Positions 54,456 to 64,000 are shown, counted from the first letter of the stretch. The stretch is DNA of 64,000 nt from Gemmatimonadota bacterium (GCA_036556305.1 DATBJO010000018.1:23918-87917), one strand, 5' to 3'. The notes: generated from the sequence alone by a model not told the origin. Made by a program: numbers and translations.

Positions 54456-57143
54456 ATGCGCGTGGTCGCCGGCCGGATCCTCGCGGTACTCGCCCTCGTC
54501 CTGCTCGCCGCCGTTCCAGCGCGCGGCCAGACCGGAACGCTCTCGGGTCGGGTCATGGACGCGACGTCGGGGGAGACGATCGCCAACGCCGTGATCCGGG
54601 TTCTGGGGTCCGACGGTCGCGAGGTGGCCGGTGACCTGACGGACTCCGACGGAAGGTTCGAGCTCCAGGTCCCAGCCGGGGACTACGAGGTCGAGGTGAC
54701 GTCGCTCGGGTTCGCTTCGCGCCGCATCCCGGCCTCGGTCACGGCCGGCGCCGCGGAGGCGATGTCGATCGCGCTCGTCGTCGAAGCGGTCGAGCTCAAT
54801 CCGATCGTCGTGTCGGCGTCGCGGCGACCCCAGAAACGGCTCGACGCCCCGGCCACGGTCGAGGTCGTCGAGACCGAGGAGATCCGCGAGCGCGCGGCGC
54901 CCACCGTCATCGACCACGTCAAGGGCGAGGCCGGCGTCGACGTCGCGCAGACGGGGCTCTCGCAGTCGAACGTCGTCGCGCGCGGGTTCAACAACATCTT
55001 CTCGGGCGCGCTCCTCGTGATGTCCGACTACCGCTACGCGCAGGTTCCGTCGCTCAGGGTCAACGCGTACAACTTCATCCCCGCGACGAACCTCGATCTG
55101 AGCCGCGTCGAAATCGTGCTCGGACCTGGCGCGGCCCTGTACGGCCCCAACAGCGCGAACGGCGTCATGCACCTGATCACGTCGTCGCCGATCGACGATC
55201 CGGGGACGGTCGTGAGCATGGCGGCCGGCGAGCGCGCGGTGTTCCACACCGAGGCCCGCCATTCGCAGCGGATCGGCGACAACATGGGGATCCGCTTCTC
55301 GGGGCAGTACTTCCAGGGCAACGACTGGCGCTACATCGATCCGGCCGAGGCGGCCGCGCGCGAGCTCGCGCTCCAGACCGACCCGAACACGAAGATCGGC
55401 CTACGGGACTTCGATCAGGGACGCTGGTCGGCGGAGGGCCGCTTCGACGTCCGTCCGTGGGACGACGGGGAGGTCGTGCTGTCGGCGGGCGTGAACACGC
55501 AGCTGTCGTCGATCGAGCTGACGGGCCTCGGGGCCGGCCAGGTCGAGGACTGGCGCTACACGTATGCCCAGGCGCGGCTCCGCAAGGGCAACTTCTTCGC
55601 GCAGACGTTCGCCAACTTCAGCGAGTCCGGCGAGACGTTCATCCTCCCGACCGGGATGGCGATCATCGACGAGTCGTACGTCTGGGCCGCGCAGGGCCAG
55701 CACGCGCTCGAGTTCGGAACCCGCGAGCGGCTGACCTACGGCGTCGACTGGCAGCACACCGTCCCGCGGACCGAGGGCACGATCACCGGGCGGAACGAGG
55801 ACGACGACACGATCAACGAGCTGGGCGGCTACCTCCACTCCGAGACGAACCTGACGGAGCAGCTCGAGCTCGTGGCCGCGGCGCGGCTCGACTGGCACAA
55901 CCGGCTCGAGGACCTCGTCTTCTCGCCCCGCGCGGGGGTCGTGTTCCGGCCCACGGAGACCCAGCACCTGCGGCTCACCTATAACCGCGCCTTCTCGACG
56001 CCGACGACGAACAACCTGTTCCTGGACCTGGTCGCGGGGCGCATCCCGGTGGGACCGGTCGGTTACGACATCCGGACGCTGGGGACGCCCGAAAGCGGGT
56101 TCACGTTCTCGCGCGGCTGCGCGGGCGGCTTCGACGGCGGGCTCTGCATGCGCTCGCCGTTCGCGCCGGGGATGCAGCTGCCGGCGAACGCGTCGGTCCT
56201 GTGGAACGGCCTCCTGCAGACCCTCGCGCCGGCGCAGGTACAGCCGCTGGTGCCGCTGCTCCTGGATCCGGGCGCGGCGGTGGGCACCGTGCTGCGCCGA
56301 TTCGATTCCACCGCCCGGACCTTCGTCCCCGATCCGCTGGGCCCGGTCGACATCGACCGCATCACGCCGACGATCACGACGACGGCGGAGGTCGGGTACA
56401 AAGGCCTGATCGGCACCCGGCTCCTGTTCGCGGGCGACATCTACTACAGCGAGGTCGAGGACTTCGTCACGCCGCTCCGGGTCGAGACGCCGACGGTGTT
56501 CTTCGACCCGGCGACGACCGCCGCGTTCCTGCAACAGCGGCTGACTCCTCTCGTTCTCGCGGGGCAGATGACGCCGGAGCAGCTGGCGGCCACGGTCACG
56601 CAGCTGACGACGGCGCTTGCACAGGTCCCGGTGGGGACGATCGTCCCCGATCAGGTCGACGCGTCGGACATCCTGCTCGCGTACCGCAACTTCGGGAACG
56701 TCGACCTGTGGGGGGCGGACGTCTCGACCGAGGTCCTGCTCACCGACGCGTGGTCGCTCAAGGGAGCGGCGTCCTGGGTCAACACCGAGTGCTTCGACTT
56801 CGACGACGTCCCCGGATGCGCGGGGCTCCTCGACGTGTCGCTGAACGCGCCCAAGCGGAAGGGCTCGCTCGGAGTCCGCTATCGCGACGCGGCCCACGAC
56901 TTCACGGCCGAGGTCCAGGGCCGGTTCATCGAAGGATTCCCGATGAACACCGGAGTCTTCATCGGTCGCGTGCCGGGCTACGGGCTCGTCGACGCGAACG
57001 TCGAGGTCGCGATCCCGTGGATCGCCGGCACGTCGCTCTCGTTGACGGCCTACAACGTGTTCGACAAGGAGCACCGCGAGTTCGTCGGCGCGCCGGAGCT
57101 CGGGCGGCTGCTCCTGGCGCGAGTCACGTACCAGATCCGCTGA
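54456..57143 (+). CDS. TonB-dependent receptor with N-terminal CarboxypepD_reg domain
   Basis: SD AGGAGA and signal peptide. GTLSGRVMDATSGETIANAVIRV..DGRFEL module. Plug (..IVLGPGAALYGPNSANGVMHLIT) and a large barrel. Confidence 0.9.
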   Translation: MRVVAGRILAVLALVLLAAVPARGQTGTLSGRVMDATSGETIANAVIRVLGSDGREVAGDLTDSDGRFELQVPAGDYEVEVTSLGFASRRIPASVTAGAAEAMSIALVVEAVELNPIVVSASRRPQKRLDAPATVEVVETEEIRERAAPTVIDHVKGEAGVDVAQTGLSQSNVVARGFNNIFSGALLVMSDYRYAQVPSLRVNAYNFIPATNLDLSRVEIVLGPGAALYGPNSANGVMHLITSSPIDDPGTVVSMAAGERAVFHTEARHSQRIGDNMGIRFSGQYFQGNDWRYIDPAEAAARELALQTDPNTKIGLRDFDQGRWSAEGRFDVRPWDDGEVVLSAGVNTQLSSIELTGLGAGQVEDWRYTYAQARLRKGNFFAQTFANFSESGETFILPTGMAIIDESYVWAAQGQHALEFGTRERLTYGVDWQHTVPRTEGTITGRNEDDDTINELGGYLHSETNLTEQLELVAAARLDWHNRLEDLVFSPRAGVVFRPTETQHLRLTYNRAFSTPTTNNLFLDLVAGRIPVGPVGYDIRTLGTPESGFTFSRGCAGGFDGGLCMRSPFAPGMQLPANASVLWNGLLQTLAPAQVQPLVPLLLDPGAAVGTVLRRFDSTARTFVPDPLGPVDIDRITPTITTTAEVGYKGLIGTRLLFAGDIYYSEVEDFVTPLRVETPTVFFDPATTAAFLQQRLTPLVLAGQMTPEQLAATVTQLTTALAQVPVGTIVPDQVDASDILLAYRNFGNVDLWGADVSTEVLLTDAWSLKGAASWVNTECFDFDDVPGCAGLLDVSLNAPKRKGSLGVRYRDAAHDFTAEVQGRFIEGFPMNTGVFIGRVPGYGLVDANVEVAIPWIAGTSLSLTAYNVFDKEHREFVGAPELGRLLLARVTYQIR

Positions 57144-57180
57144 TCGGGGCGGCGGCTGTGCCGATCCGTTACCGGCGCGC

Positions 57181-57209
57181 TTGACGAAAAGGCAAAGTTG
57201 TGGGATAAA
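57181..57209 (+). promoter_or_regulatory. sigma70 promoter with extended -10
   Basis: TTGACG (57181-86), 17-nt spacer, TGG-GATAAA (57201-09). A 55-nt leader with SD AAGGAG precedes ATG 57265. Confidence 0.5.
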
Positions 57210-57264
57210 AGAAGCGAAGGAGTACTACGTTTGAAGTGTCCCCAGCTTAGCCAAGGAGTTCGGT

Positions 57265-58194
57265 ATGAAACGCGCGACGCTTCTTCTCGGGATCTTCGCC
57301 CTCGCGATGTCGTTGGCCTTCTGTCAGGACGGGAAGGGCCCGATCACGCCTCAACTCCCGGGCGGATCGGATATCGGCCTTGCCGCGGTTCCCCTGCTCG
57401 GTCAGATCGTTTTTACGAGCACGCGGGACGGCAATGCCGAGATCTACGTCGTTGACACGAGAACTTCCAGCCTCACGAACTTGACGAACCACTCGTCGGA
57501 CGAGTTCGACGCTCGCCTGTCACCCAATAGAAAGCGACTTGTCTTCTCCAGCTGGCGGGACGGCAATTCGGAGATCTATGCGTCCGATGCCGATGGCTCG
57601 AATCCGACCAACCTCACGAACAGCCCGGCCACTGAAGGCGAGGACGCCGATTGGTCTCATAACGGAAAACGCATCGTCTTCCAAAGTGATCGTGACGGCG
57701 ATCTCGAGATCTACATCATGAACGCGGATGGGACCGGGATCGTCCAGCTCACCCAGAATTCGGCTACGGATCGCCAACCCGACTGGTCGCCGGACGGGAG
57801 GAAGATCGCGTTCGTGAGCAATCGGGATGGAAACCAGGAGGTCTACGTGATGTGGGTAGACGGCACCGGGCAAACGAACCTGACGAACGATCCGGCGGTC
57901 GATCGACAACCCGCGTGGTCACCGAACGGACAGAGGATCGCGTTCGATAGCACGCGGAGCGGTAGCCGTCAAGTGTGGGTGATGGACCAGGACGGGTCGC
58001 AGCCCACGATGCTGACAGCCACGGGATCGAACCTCCAGCCGGCATGGTCTTTCGAAGGTCACCACATCGCCTTCGTCTCGAACCGTGACGGTGACAGCGA
58101 AGTCTACGTGATGGCCAGCGATGGGTCCGGCCAGACGAATCTCACCATGAGCCCCGGAAGTGACGAGTTCGACCCCTCATGGCATAGGTGGTGA
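57265..58194 (+). CDS. TolB-like PD40 (WD40-like beta-propeller) repeat lipoprotein
   Basis: Lipobox SLAFC. Six or more repeats of the S.DG..I.F.S.RDGN.EIYVM type. Visibly lower GC than its surroundings. Confidence 0.85.
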   Translation: MKRATLLLGIFALAMSLAFCQDGKGPITPQLPGGSDIGLAAVPLLGQIVFTSTRDGNAEIYVVDTRTSSLTNLTNHSSDEFDARLSPNRKRLVFSSWRDGNSEIYASDADGSNPTNLTNSPATEGEDADWSHNGKRIVFQSDRDGDLEIYIMNADGTGIVQLTQNSATDRQPDWSPDGRKIAFVSNRDGNQEVYVMWVDGTGQTNLTNDPAVDRQPAWSPNGQRIAFDSTRSGSRQVWVMDQDGSQPTMLTATGSNLQPAWSFEGHHIAFVSNRDGDSEVYVMASDGSGQTNLTMSPGSDEFDPSWHRW

Positions 58195-58369
58195 GGCAGA
58201 GAGGACGCCAGAGGCCAGCCGCACGTCTCGCGTACCGCTGCTGAACTCCCACGCGAGCCATCCGATCCCGTAGCACCGCCGGGCTCGGTCTCGGTGTGGT
58301 CGGGCGCAGGTGTCGCCTCCAGGTGTCGCCTCTTCTCCAAATCGGACACGCCAGGCCGCCCCGGCGGTC

Positions 58370-58978
<609 letters not shown>

Positions 58979-59165
58979 ACGTCCTCCTTGGAGTCGAGAC
59001 CGGCCTCGCCCTCGAGCGACGGCCGGTGATCCACGAGTTTTGTCGAGGCGGGGAGAAAGCGAAACGGTTCCCGTCGATCCATCCCCACGTCACCCGTCGA
59101 ACGACCGTCGACCGCGGGATCAAACGTCAGTCATCAACGTAACAGGGGCCCTCGGTCAGGGCAAT

Positions 59166-59194
59166 TTGACGCACTCCGGAGGGGGTTCTAGCTT
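59166..59194 (+). promoter_or_regulatory. putative promoter of tRNA-Glu
   Basis: TTGACG-17 nt-TAGCTT, 14 nt upstream of the mature tRNA 5' end. Confidence 0.4.
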
Positions 59195-59208
59195 GACGGT
59201 CCTGCCGC

Positions 59209-59284
59209 GACCCCATCGTCTAGAGGCCTAGGACTCCACCCTTTCAAGGTGGCGACACGGGTTCGAATCCCGTTGGGGTCGCCA
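59209..59284 (+). tRNA. tRNA-Glu(UUC): tRNA-Glu (anticodon UUC), CCA encoded
   Basis: Cloverleaf read by hand: acceptor GACCCCA/TGGGGTC, D arm GTCTAGAGGCCTAGGAC, anticodon stem CCACC/GGTGG with loop CTTTCAA, T arm ACGGG-TTCGAAT-CCCGT, discriminator G, CCA. Confidence 0.95.
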
Positions 59285-59290
59285 TACTGT

Positions 59291-59482
59291 GCGGTTGGCC
59301 GCGCCAGGCTCTTCACGGGAGCAGGCGTCTCGCTGGCGGGCCTGCTCGGTGCGCCGACGACCGTCGCCTTGACGGGCACCCTTCTCCTTCGCGGGTTCAC
59401 GTTCTGGCTTCCGATGCTGCCGGGCCTGTGGCTCGCGCGGCAGGCGCTGGCTCGAGGAGCCGCTCGCAAACGAAGAGGCTGA
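59291..59482 (+). pseudogene. possible 3' remnant of a flippase-like/LPG-synthase-TM (UPF0104) membrane-protein gene
   Basis: The reading frame just after the tRNA gives ..GAGVSLAGLLGAPTTVALTGTLLLRGFTFWLPMLPGLWLARQAL..*. The ..LLxRxxTFWLPxxxG.. pattern is typical of the extreme C-terminus of that family. There is no N-terminal part, and the PAP2 gene tail overlaps it convergently. Confidence 0.3.
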
Positions 59483-60221
59483 TCCCCACGATGGCCGCAC
59501 CGCCGATCCCATCGAGAAAGTAGTGGTTGGCGGTGACCACGACGGTCGCGTACATCGCGATCGGCATCAGCGATCCGAACCATCTCGCGGCGGATCGTCT
59601 CCCCTCTCGCGCGAGGGCGATCCCCATGAGCAGGTTCCAGCCGACGTGAAGGCTGGGCATGGATGCGTAGACGTCGGTGAAGGATGGCGGCTCGAGGGCG
59701 CGGTACGCGTGCGAGCGTAGGGCGATCGTATCCACGAACCCGAACGAGGTCACGAGTCGCGGCGGAGAGACCGGATAGGAGAGAAAGCAGGCGATCCCTA
59801 TCGCACCCGAGAGCATCATCGCGTTCCGGTACACGACCAGCCGCTTCGGGTGTGCGCGCCCCAACCAGACGATCGTGGCGATGAGTACCGGCCAGTGGCC
59901 CCACATGTAGTTCCAGTTCGCCAGGTCGACGAGGAGCGTGTGCCGGAGGACGAGCTGCTGAAGCTGCGGCTCACGGAAGATGCCGAGCGCGCGCTCGAGC
60001 GCGACCAGCCGCTCGGCGTGGGCCGCTGCCTCCTGCGGCCGGACCTGGGCCAGGCCGTGGGCGACGAAGTACAGGAGCACGAGGGGCAGGATGAGGAGGA
60101 GCTCGCGAAGCAACGGAAACGGCTGCCGGCCCGCGCGCGGCAGGACGGCGCGGATCACGAGGCTGCCGGCTCCGAGGAGGAGAAACGGAGTCGCTCGCTC
60201 GATGCCGTCGATGAATTCCAC
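59397..60221 (-). CDS. PAP2-superfamily membrane protein (PAP2_3/AUR1-like)
   Basis: Multi-TM protein with SMPSLHVGW ... TANHYFLD motifs. Confidence 0.75.
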   Translation of the reverse strand: MEFIDGIERATPFLLLGAGSLVIRAVLPRAGRQPFPLLRELLLILPLVLLYFVAHGLAQVRPQEAAAHAERLVALERALGIFREPQLQQLVLRHTLLVDLANWNYMWGHWPVLIATIVWLGRAHPKRLVVYRNAMMLSGAIGIACFLSYPVSPPRLVTSFGFVDTIALRSHAYRALEPPSFTDVYASMPSLHVGWNLLMGIALAREGRRSAARWFGSLMPIAMYATVVVTANHYFLDGIGGAAIVGISLFVCERLLEPAPAARATGPAASEART

Positions 60222-60258
60222 CGGCCGAACTTAGCCTGCTCGGACGGCCCCGTGCAGA

Positions 60259-60786
60259 TCAGACCCGATGCTCGGCGACGGCCCTCACGAAATCGCTGGC
60301 GCTTGCGATTCCGAGGAGGCGCTTCCCCTCCATCACCAGCACGCGATGGATGCCGCGCCGCATCATGTACGTCCCTGCCTCGTCGAGCGGGGTTTCCGGA
60401 GGCAACGAGAAAAGGCCGCGGGTCATGACATCCCCGACGACGTGCTCGCCGAGCAGGTCCCATTCGTGCGCGCCGTCGATGCCAAACCGTTCAGCGATTC
60501 CGACGTCATCCCACGCTCCGCCGTAGAACGAGGGAACGTCGTCGGACTCTTCGTCCTCGAGAATCCGCCACTGCACGTCGCCCTCGGAGTCGGGCGGAGC
60601 GGTCGGCCCGTTGACCTCGAAGTCCAGGATGTCGGAGACCGAGATGACGCCGACCACCTGGCCGTTCTGGATCGCTGGAGCCCCGTTGACGTTCTCGGCA
60701 CGGAGAATCCCGATCGCTTCGCGCAGCGTCGCGCCGGCACCGACGGTCACGACTTCGCGAGTCATGATCTCTCCAAGCGCAGTCAT
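60259..60786 (-). CDS. CBS-domain pair protein
   Basis: SD GGAGGGA 5 nt before ATG 60786. Contains IMTREVVTV..(CBS).. and VMTRGLFSL..IHRVLVME.. motifs. The track start at 61059 adds a non-protein-like N-terminus. Confidence 0.8.
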   Translation of the reverse strand: MTALGEIMTREVVTVGAGATLREAIGILRAENVNGAPAIQNGQVVGVISVSDILDFEVNGPTAPPDSEGDVQWRILEDEESDDVPSFYGGAWDDVGIAERFGIDGAHEWDLLGEHVVGDVMTRGLFSLPPETPLDEAGTYMMRRGIHRVLVMEGKRLLGIASASDFVRAVAEHRV

Positions 60787-61029
60787 TTTGATCCCTCCAC
60801 TGCGAAATCTTCGACGAAGACCCATACGGGGGGAGCGGGGTCGCGCCGGATTTCGATTCTGATCGTATGCCCCGGCGTCGCCTCGCGTCTGTCGGGAGAT
60901 ACTCGATTCGACGTGTCTGCCGGGGGGGAGATACCCCACCGTCTTGCGCAGAATTGGCCCGAGAGACAGCATTCCGCCCTGGGGCCCATCCTCGGCCGTC
61001 AGGACGTCGCCCTTAGACCATGAGGCTTT

Positions 61030-61167
61030 TTGGACGACCCGGAAATCCGAACCGAGCACCCGACCGGCACCCTCGCCCTCGTGGCCCTGATGGGCGTGCT
61101 CTACGCCCTCGGCTGGGCGGCGTTCTACTTCCTGCTGTACCTCGGCCGCGGTCCCCTTTCACCGTGA
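61030..61167 (+). CDS. cbaD: ba3-type cytochrome c oxidase subunit IIa-like micro-protein (45 aa)
   Basis: TTG 61030 follows an in-frame TGA. The protein (M)DDPEIRTEHPTGTLALVALMGVLYALGWAAFYFLLYLGRGPLSP* is a single TM segment with the P.G.LA....(TM)...RG layout of Thermus subunit IIa. It ends 7 nt before subunit II and is below the track size cut-off. Confidence 0.5.
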   Translation: MDDPEIRTEHPTGTLALVALMGVLYALGWAAFYFLLYLGRGPLSP

Positions 61168-61174
61168 CCGCGCG

Positions 61175-61654
61175 ATGAAGATCGACCTCTACGAACGGAT
61201 CTGGATGTGGGCCGCGTCGGCTCTCATCGTGGCCTTCGCCGCGACGATCGCCTACGGGGCGCTCGCTCGATCGTACCACCCGCCGAGCCACGTGGAGACG
61301 ATCGACCCCAAGCAGGTCTGGTCGTCGCCCACGTTCCAGCCCCTGGGCGTCGTCGAGCGAGCGGACGGCTCGATCGAGGTGCGGGTCATCGCCCATATGT
61401 TCGCGTTCCAGAAGCCGGAGATCCGCGTGCCGGCCGGGCGGCCCGTCACGTTCCGCCTCAGCTCGGTGGACGTCATCCACGGTTTCCAGATCGTGGGAAC
61501 GAACGCCAACACGATGGTCGTGCCCGGCTACGTGAGCGAGTTCACGACCGTCTTCGACCGACCCGGCGAATACCTGATCGTGTGCAACGAGTACTGCGGG
61601 CTGTCGCACCATGTCATGCACGCGAAGCTCATCGTGACGGCGGACGGCTCGTGA
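61175..61654 (+). CDS. cbaB: ba3-type cytochrome c oxidase subunit II (CuA cupredoxin)
   Basis: One TM segment plus a cupredoxin domain. CuA ligands H..(34 aa)..CNEYCGLSHHVM. Confidence 0.9.
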   Translation: MKIDLYERIWMWAASALIVAFAATIAYGALARSYHPPSHVETIDPKQVWSSPTFQPLGVVERADGSIEVRVIAHMFAFQKPEIRVPAGRPVTFRLSSVDVIHGFQIVGTNANTMVVPGYVSEFTTVFDRPGEYLIVCNEYCGLSHHVMHAKLIVTADGS

Positions 61655-63273
61655 CGCGTCGCGACGCGCGCCTCGCCCTCGCGAACCTGTGGGTCGCCGT
61701 CGGCGCCTTCGGACTCGCAGCCATGATGGGCGTGATGCAGGGCCAGTCGCGCGCCAACACCGCCCTGCCGTTCCGATCGCCCAAGCTCTTCTACCTTTCG
61801 GTCACCGCCCACGGCGTCCTCATGGCGCTCGTCTTCACGACGTTCTTCATCATGGGGCTCGGGTACGTGCTGGCCAGCACCGCGCTCGACCGACCGATAG
61901 CGGCGAGACGGCTGGCCTGGGGTTCCTTCTGGGTCGCCGGGATCGGGACCGCGGCGGCGGCGACGACGATCCTGCTCGGCAAGGCGACCGTCCTCTACAC
62001 CTTCTATCCGCCGCTCCAGGCGCACCCGCTGTTCTACATCGGCGCGACCCTCCTCGTCGTCGGATCATGGGGCTGGGGCGTCGTGATGCTCCTGAACGCG
62101 CGCGCCTGGCGGCGCGAGCATCCCGATGCGCCTCTGCCGCTGGCGATGCACGGCATCGTGGCCACCGTCGTCGTGTGGTTCCTCGCGACCGCGGGCGTAG
62201 CGGCCGAGATGCTGCTCCTCCTCATCCCGTGGTCACTCGGCCTTCGGGAGACCGTCGACCCCGTCCTCGCTCGCACTCTCTTCTGGTGGTTCGGCCACCC
62301 GCTCGTGTACTTCTGGCTCCTCCCCGCTTACGTGTTGTGGTACACCGTCCTTCCACGACAGGCCGGCGGCAAGCTCTTCAGCGATCCGCTCGGGCGGGTC
62401 GTCTTCGTGCTCTTCATCCTCCTCTCCACGCCCGTCGGTCTGCACCACCAGTTCCTCGATCCGGGGATCCCGGGAGGCTGGAAGCTCGCCCATACGTTCG
62501 CGACGTACGCGATCCTCTTCCCGAGTTTCGTCACCGCGTTCACGATCGTCGCCTCCCTCGAAGTCGCCGGCCGCATGCGAGGCGGCACCGGACTCTTCGG
62601 CTGGATTCGCCGTCTTCCATGGGACGATCCTTTTTTCACGGCGGTCGCGCTCGCGATCCTCACGTTCGTGATCGGCGGCTTCGGCGGGATGATCAATGCC
62701 GCCTATGGCATGAACGCGATGATTCACAACACTGCCTGGGTGCAGGGCCACTTCCACCTCACGGTCGGCACCGCGGTCGCGCTCACGTTCATGGGCGCGG
62801 CCTACTGGATGTGGCCGCGGCTGACAGGAAAGCCGCTGCGGCTCGTCGCCCTGGCGAAGGTCCAGCCGTACCTGTGGTTCACCGGGATGCTCGTGTTCAG
62901 CACCGTCAACCATATCACCGGACTCCTCGGCATGCCGCGACGCGTCTACGACGCGAGCTACGGCGGCGAACCGATCACCCACACGTGGCAGGACTGGACC
63001 GGGATGTCCGCACTCGGTGGATCGATCCTCTTCGTGAGCGCGATGAGCTTCGTTCTGGTTCTGGTCGTGAGCGCGGTGGGGAGCGGCCGCGAAACCGACA
63101 CGAGCTTCAGGTACGCCGAGGCGATCGAGCCCGCGACGACACGCACGACCTGGGACCGCCTGGGACTCTGGACCGCGATCGCGATCGTCCTCGTCGTTCT
63201 CGCCTACGGTTGGCCGATCTGGGAGCTGCTTCGGCTCGAGCGGTTCGGCTCGCGAGGCTTCCCGGTCCCCTGA
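61651..63273 (+). CDS. cbaA: ba3-type cytochrome c oxidase subunit I
   Basis: GTG 61651 overlaps the subunit II stop (GTGA). About 13 TM segments. His ligand motifs WWFGHPLVYF and HHQF..; ..NTAWVQGHFHLTV. Confidence 0.95.
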   Translation: MTRRDARLALANLWVAVGAFGLAAMMGVMQGQSRANTALPFRSPKLFYLSVTAHGVLMALVFTTFFIMGLGYVLASTALDRPIAARRLAWGSFWVAGIGTAAAATTILLGKATVLYTFYPPLQAHPLFYIGATLLVVGSWGWGVVMLLNARAWRREHPDAPLPLAMHGIVATVVVWFLATAGVAAEMLLLLIPWSLGLRETVDPVLARTLFWWFGHPLVYFWLLPAYVLWYTVLPRQAGGKLFSDPLGRVVFVLFILLSTPVGLHHQFLDPGIPGGWKLAHTFATYAILFPSFVTAFTIVASLEVAGRMRGGTGLFGWIRRLPWDDPFFTAVALAILTFVIGGFGGMINAAYGMNAMIHNTAWVQGHFHLTVGTAVALTFMGAAYWMWPRLTGKPLRLVALAKVQPYLWFTGMLVFSTVNHITGLLGMPRRVYDASYGGEPITHTWQDWTGMSALGGSILFVSAMSFVLVLVVSAVGSGRETDTSFRYAEAIEPATTRTTWDRLGLWTAIAIVLVVLAYGWPIWELLRLERFGSRGFPVP

Positions 63274-63292
63274 AGGCCAAAGTGGGACTCTA

Positions 63293-64000
63293 TTGTTAGA
63301 GGAGACGATCGAACGCTGGAACGGGCAGGCGGTCGTCTGCCGCCGCGACATGCCGGCGAAAGCCTGGATCTTCGTGGCGATCCACGACACGACGATGGGA
63401 CCCGCGGTCGGCGGCACGCGGATGCGCGCTTACGCCTCGCCATCGGAGGCGATGGAAGACGCGATGCGGCTCGCCGAGGCGATGACCGACAAGTGGGCTG
63501 TCCTCGACATGCCCTTCGGCGGCGGGAAGAGCGTCATCGCCCCCGACGAGCCGCTCGGTCCCGGACGCCGGGAGGCGCTCTTCCTGCGTTACGGAGAGCT
63601 GCTCGAATCCCTCCAGGGCGCGTTCCAGTCCGGGGTGGACGTCGGCGTCACGCCTCGCGACATGGCGGTCGTGGCGCGCCGGACCCGCCGCGTTCACGGC
63701 GTCGACGTCTCCGACGGATCGACCCTCGATCCCGGGCCCTACACCGCGCGCGGGGTCCGGCTCGCGATCGAGGCCGCGCTCGACGTCGCGTTCGGCGAGC
63801 CCGATCCGGCGGGACGATCGATCCTCGTGCAGGGCGTCGGCGACGTGGGCGGCCCGCTCGCCCGGCTCCTCGCCGAGGCGGGCGCTCGCGTCCTCGTCTG
63901 CGACGTAGACGAGAGGCGCGTGGAAGCGATCGCCCGCGAGATCGGCGGCGAGAGAATCGCGGCCGAAGACGCTATCACGACACCGTGCGACGTCTTCGCC
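63293..64000 (+). CDS. Leu/Phe/Val (Glu/Leu/Phe/Val family) amino-acid dehydrogenase, 3' end outside window
   Basis: TTG 63293. Motifs ..GPAVGGTRMRAY..AMRLAEAMTDKWAVLDMPFGGGKSVI.. (catalytic Lys box) and GVGDVGGPLARLL Rossmann motif. The open frame runs to the window end and is not in the track because it has no stop. Confidence 0.85.
   Translation, partial: MLEETIERWNGQAVVCRRDMPAKAWIFVAIHDTTMGPAVGGTRMRAYASPSEAMEDAMRLAEAMTDKWAVLDMPFGGGKSVIAPDEPLGPGRREALFLRYGELLESLQGAFQSGVDVGVTPRDMAVVARRTRRVHGVDVSDGSTLDPGPYTARGVRLAIEAALDVAFGEPDPAGRSILVQGVGDVGGPLARLLAEAGARVLVCDVDERRVEAIAREIGGERIAAEDAITTPCDVFA

Noticed and set aside
58308-58333. Tandem 13-nt duplication AGGTGTCGCCTCC/AGGTGTCGCCTCT between the convergent TolB-like and SOD genes.
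   Set aside because: It is only two units with no further copies seen, most simply a slippage duplication in a 3' intergenic region.
59249-59482. Track ORF starting inside tRNA-Glu treated as an intact 77-aa gene.
   Set aside because: The first 12 codons are tRNA sequence. Only the downstream part has protein-like character, so it is reported as a possible remnant.

Overview
Gene-dense, GC-rich segment (about 70% GC from hand counts of a few lines) of a diderm bacterial chromosome. I could not assign a taxon. I call about 58 CDS, mostly on the + strand, and one tRNA-Glu(UUC). I saw no rRNA, CRISPR array, transposase, integrase or phage genes. Housekeeping genes include uvrA, priA, lepA, ligA, grpE, dnaJ, htpX, tamA/tamB, L-serine dehydratase, a ba3-type cytochrome oxidase, SOD and a TonB-dependent receptor. 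An envelope/accessory block at about 19.9-32 kb holds a 1227-aa DUF11-type lipoprotein, a beta-barrel protein with thrombospondin-3 repeats, an L,D-transpeptidase, two paralogous PKD lipoproteins, and an outer-membrane barrel plus lipoprotein pair. Four signals are not explained by the genes. (1) A dispersed ~118-nt imperfect-palindrome intergenic repeat family has 5 full copies and 1 fragment, with compensatory base changes in two stems. (2) A TAnnnT -10 box sits 6-9 nt upstream of many start codons that lack a Shine-Dalgarno, which suggests leaderless mRNAs. (3) Twin 12-bp palindromes lie in the long leader region of the giant lipoprotein gene. (4) An orphan restriction-enzyme-like specificity-domain protein is embedded in an ABC-exporter/GCS2 operon. 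All protein assignments come from motifs read by eye, and no database search was run.
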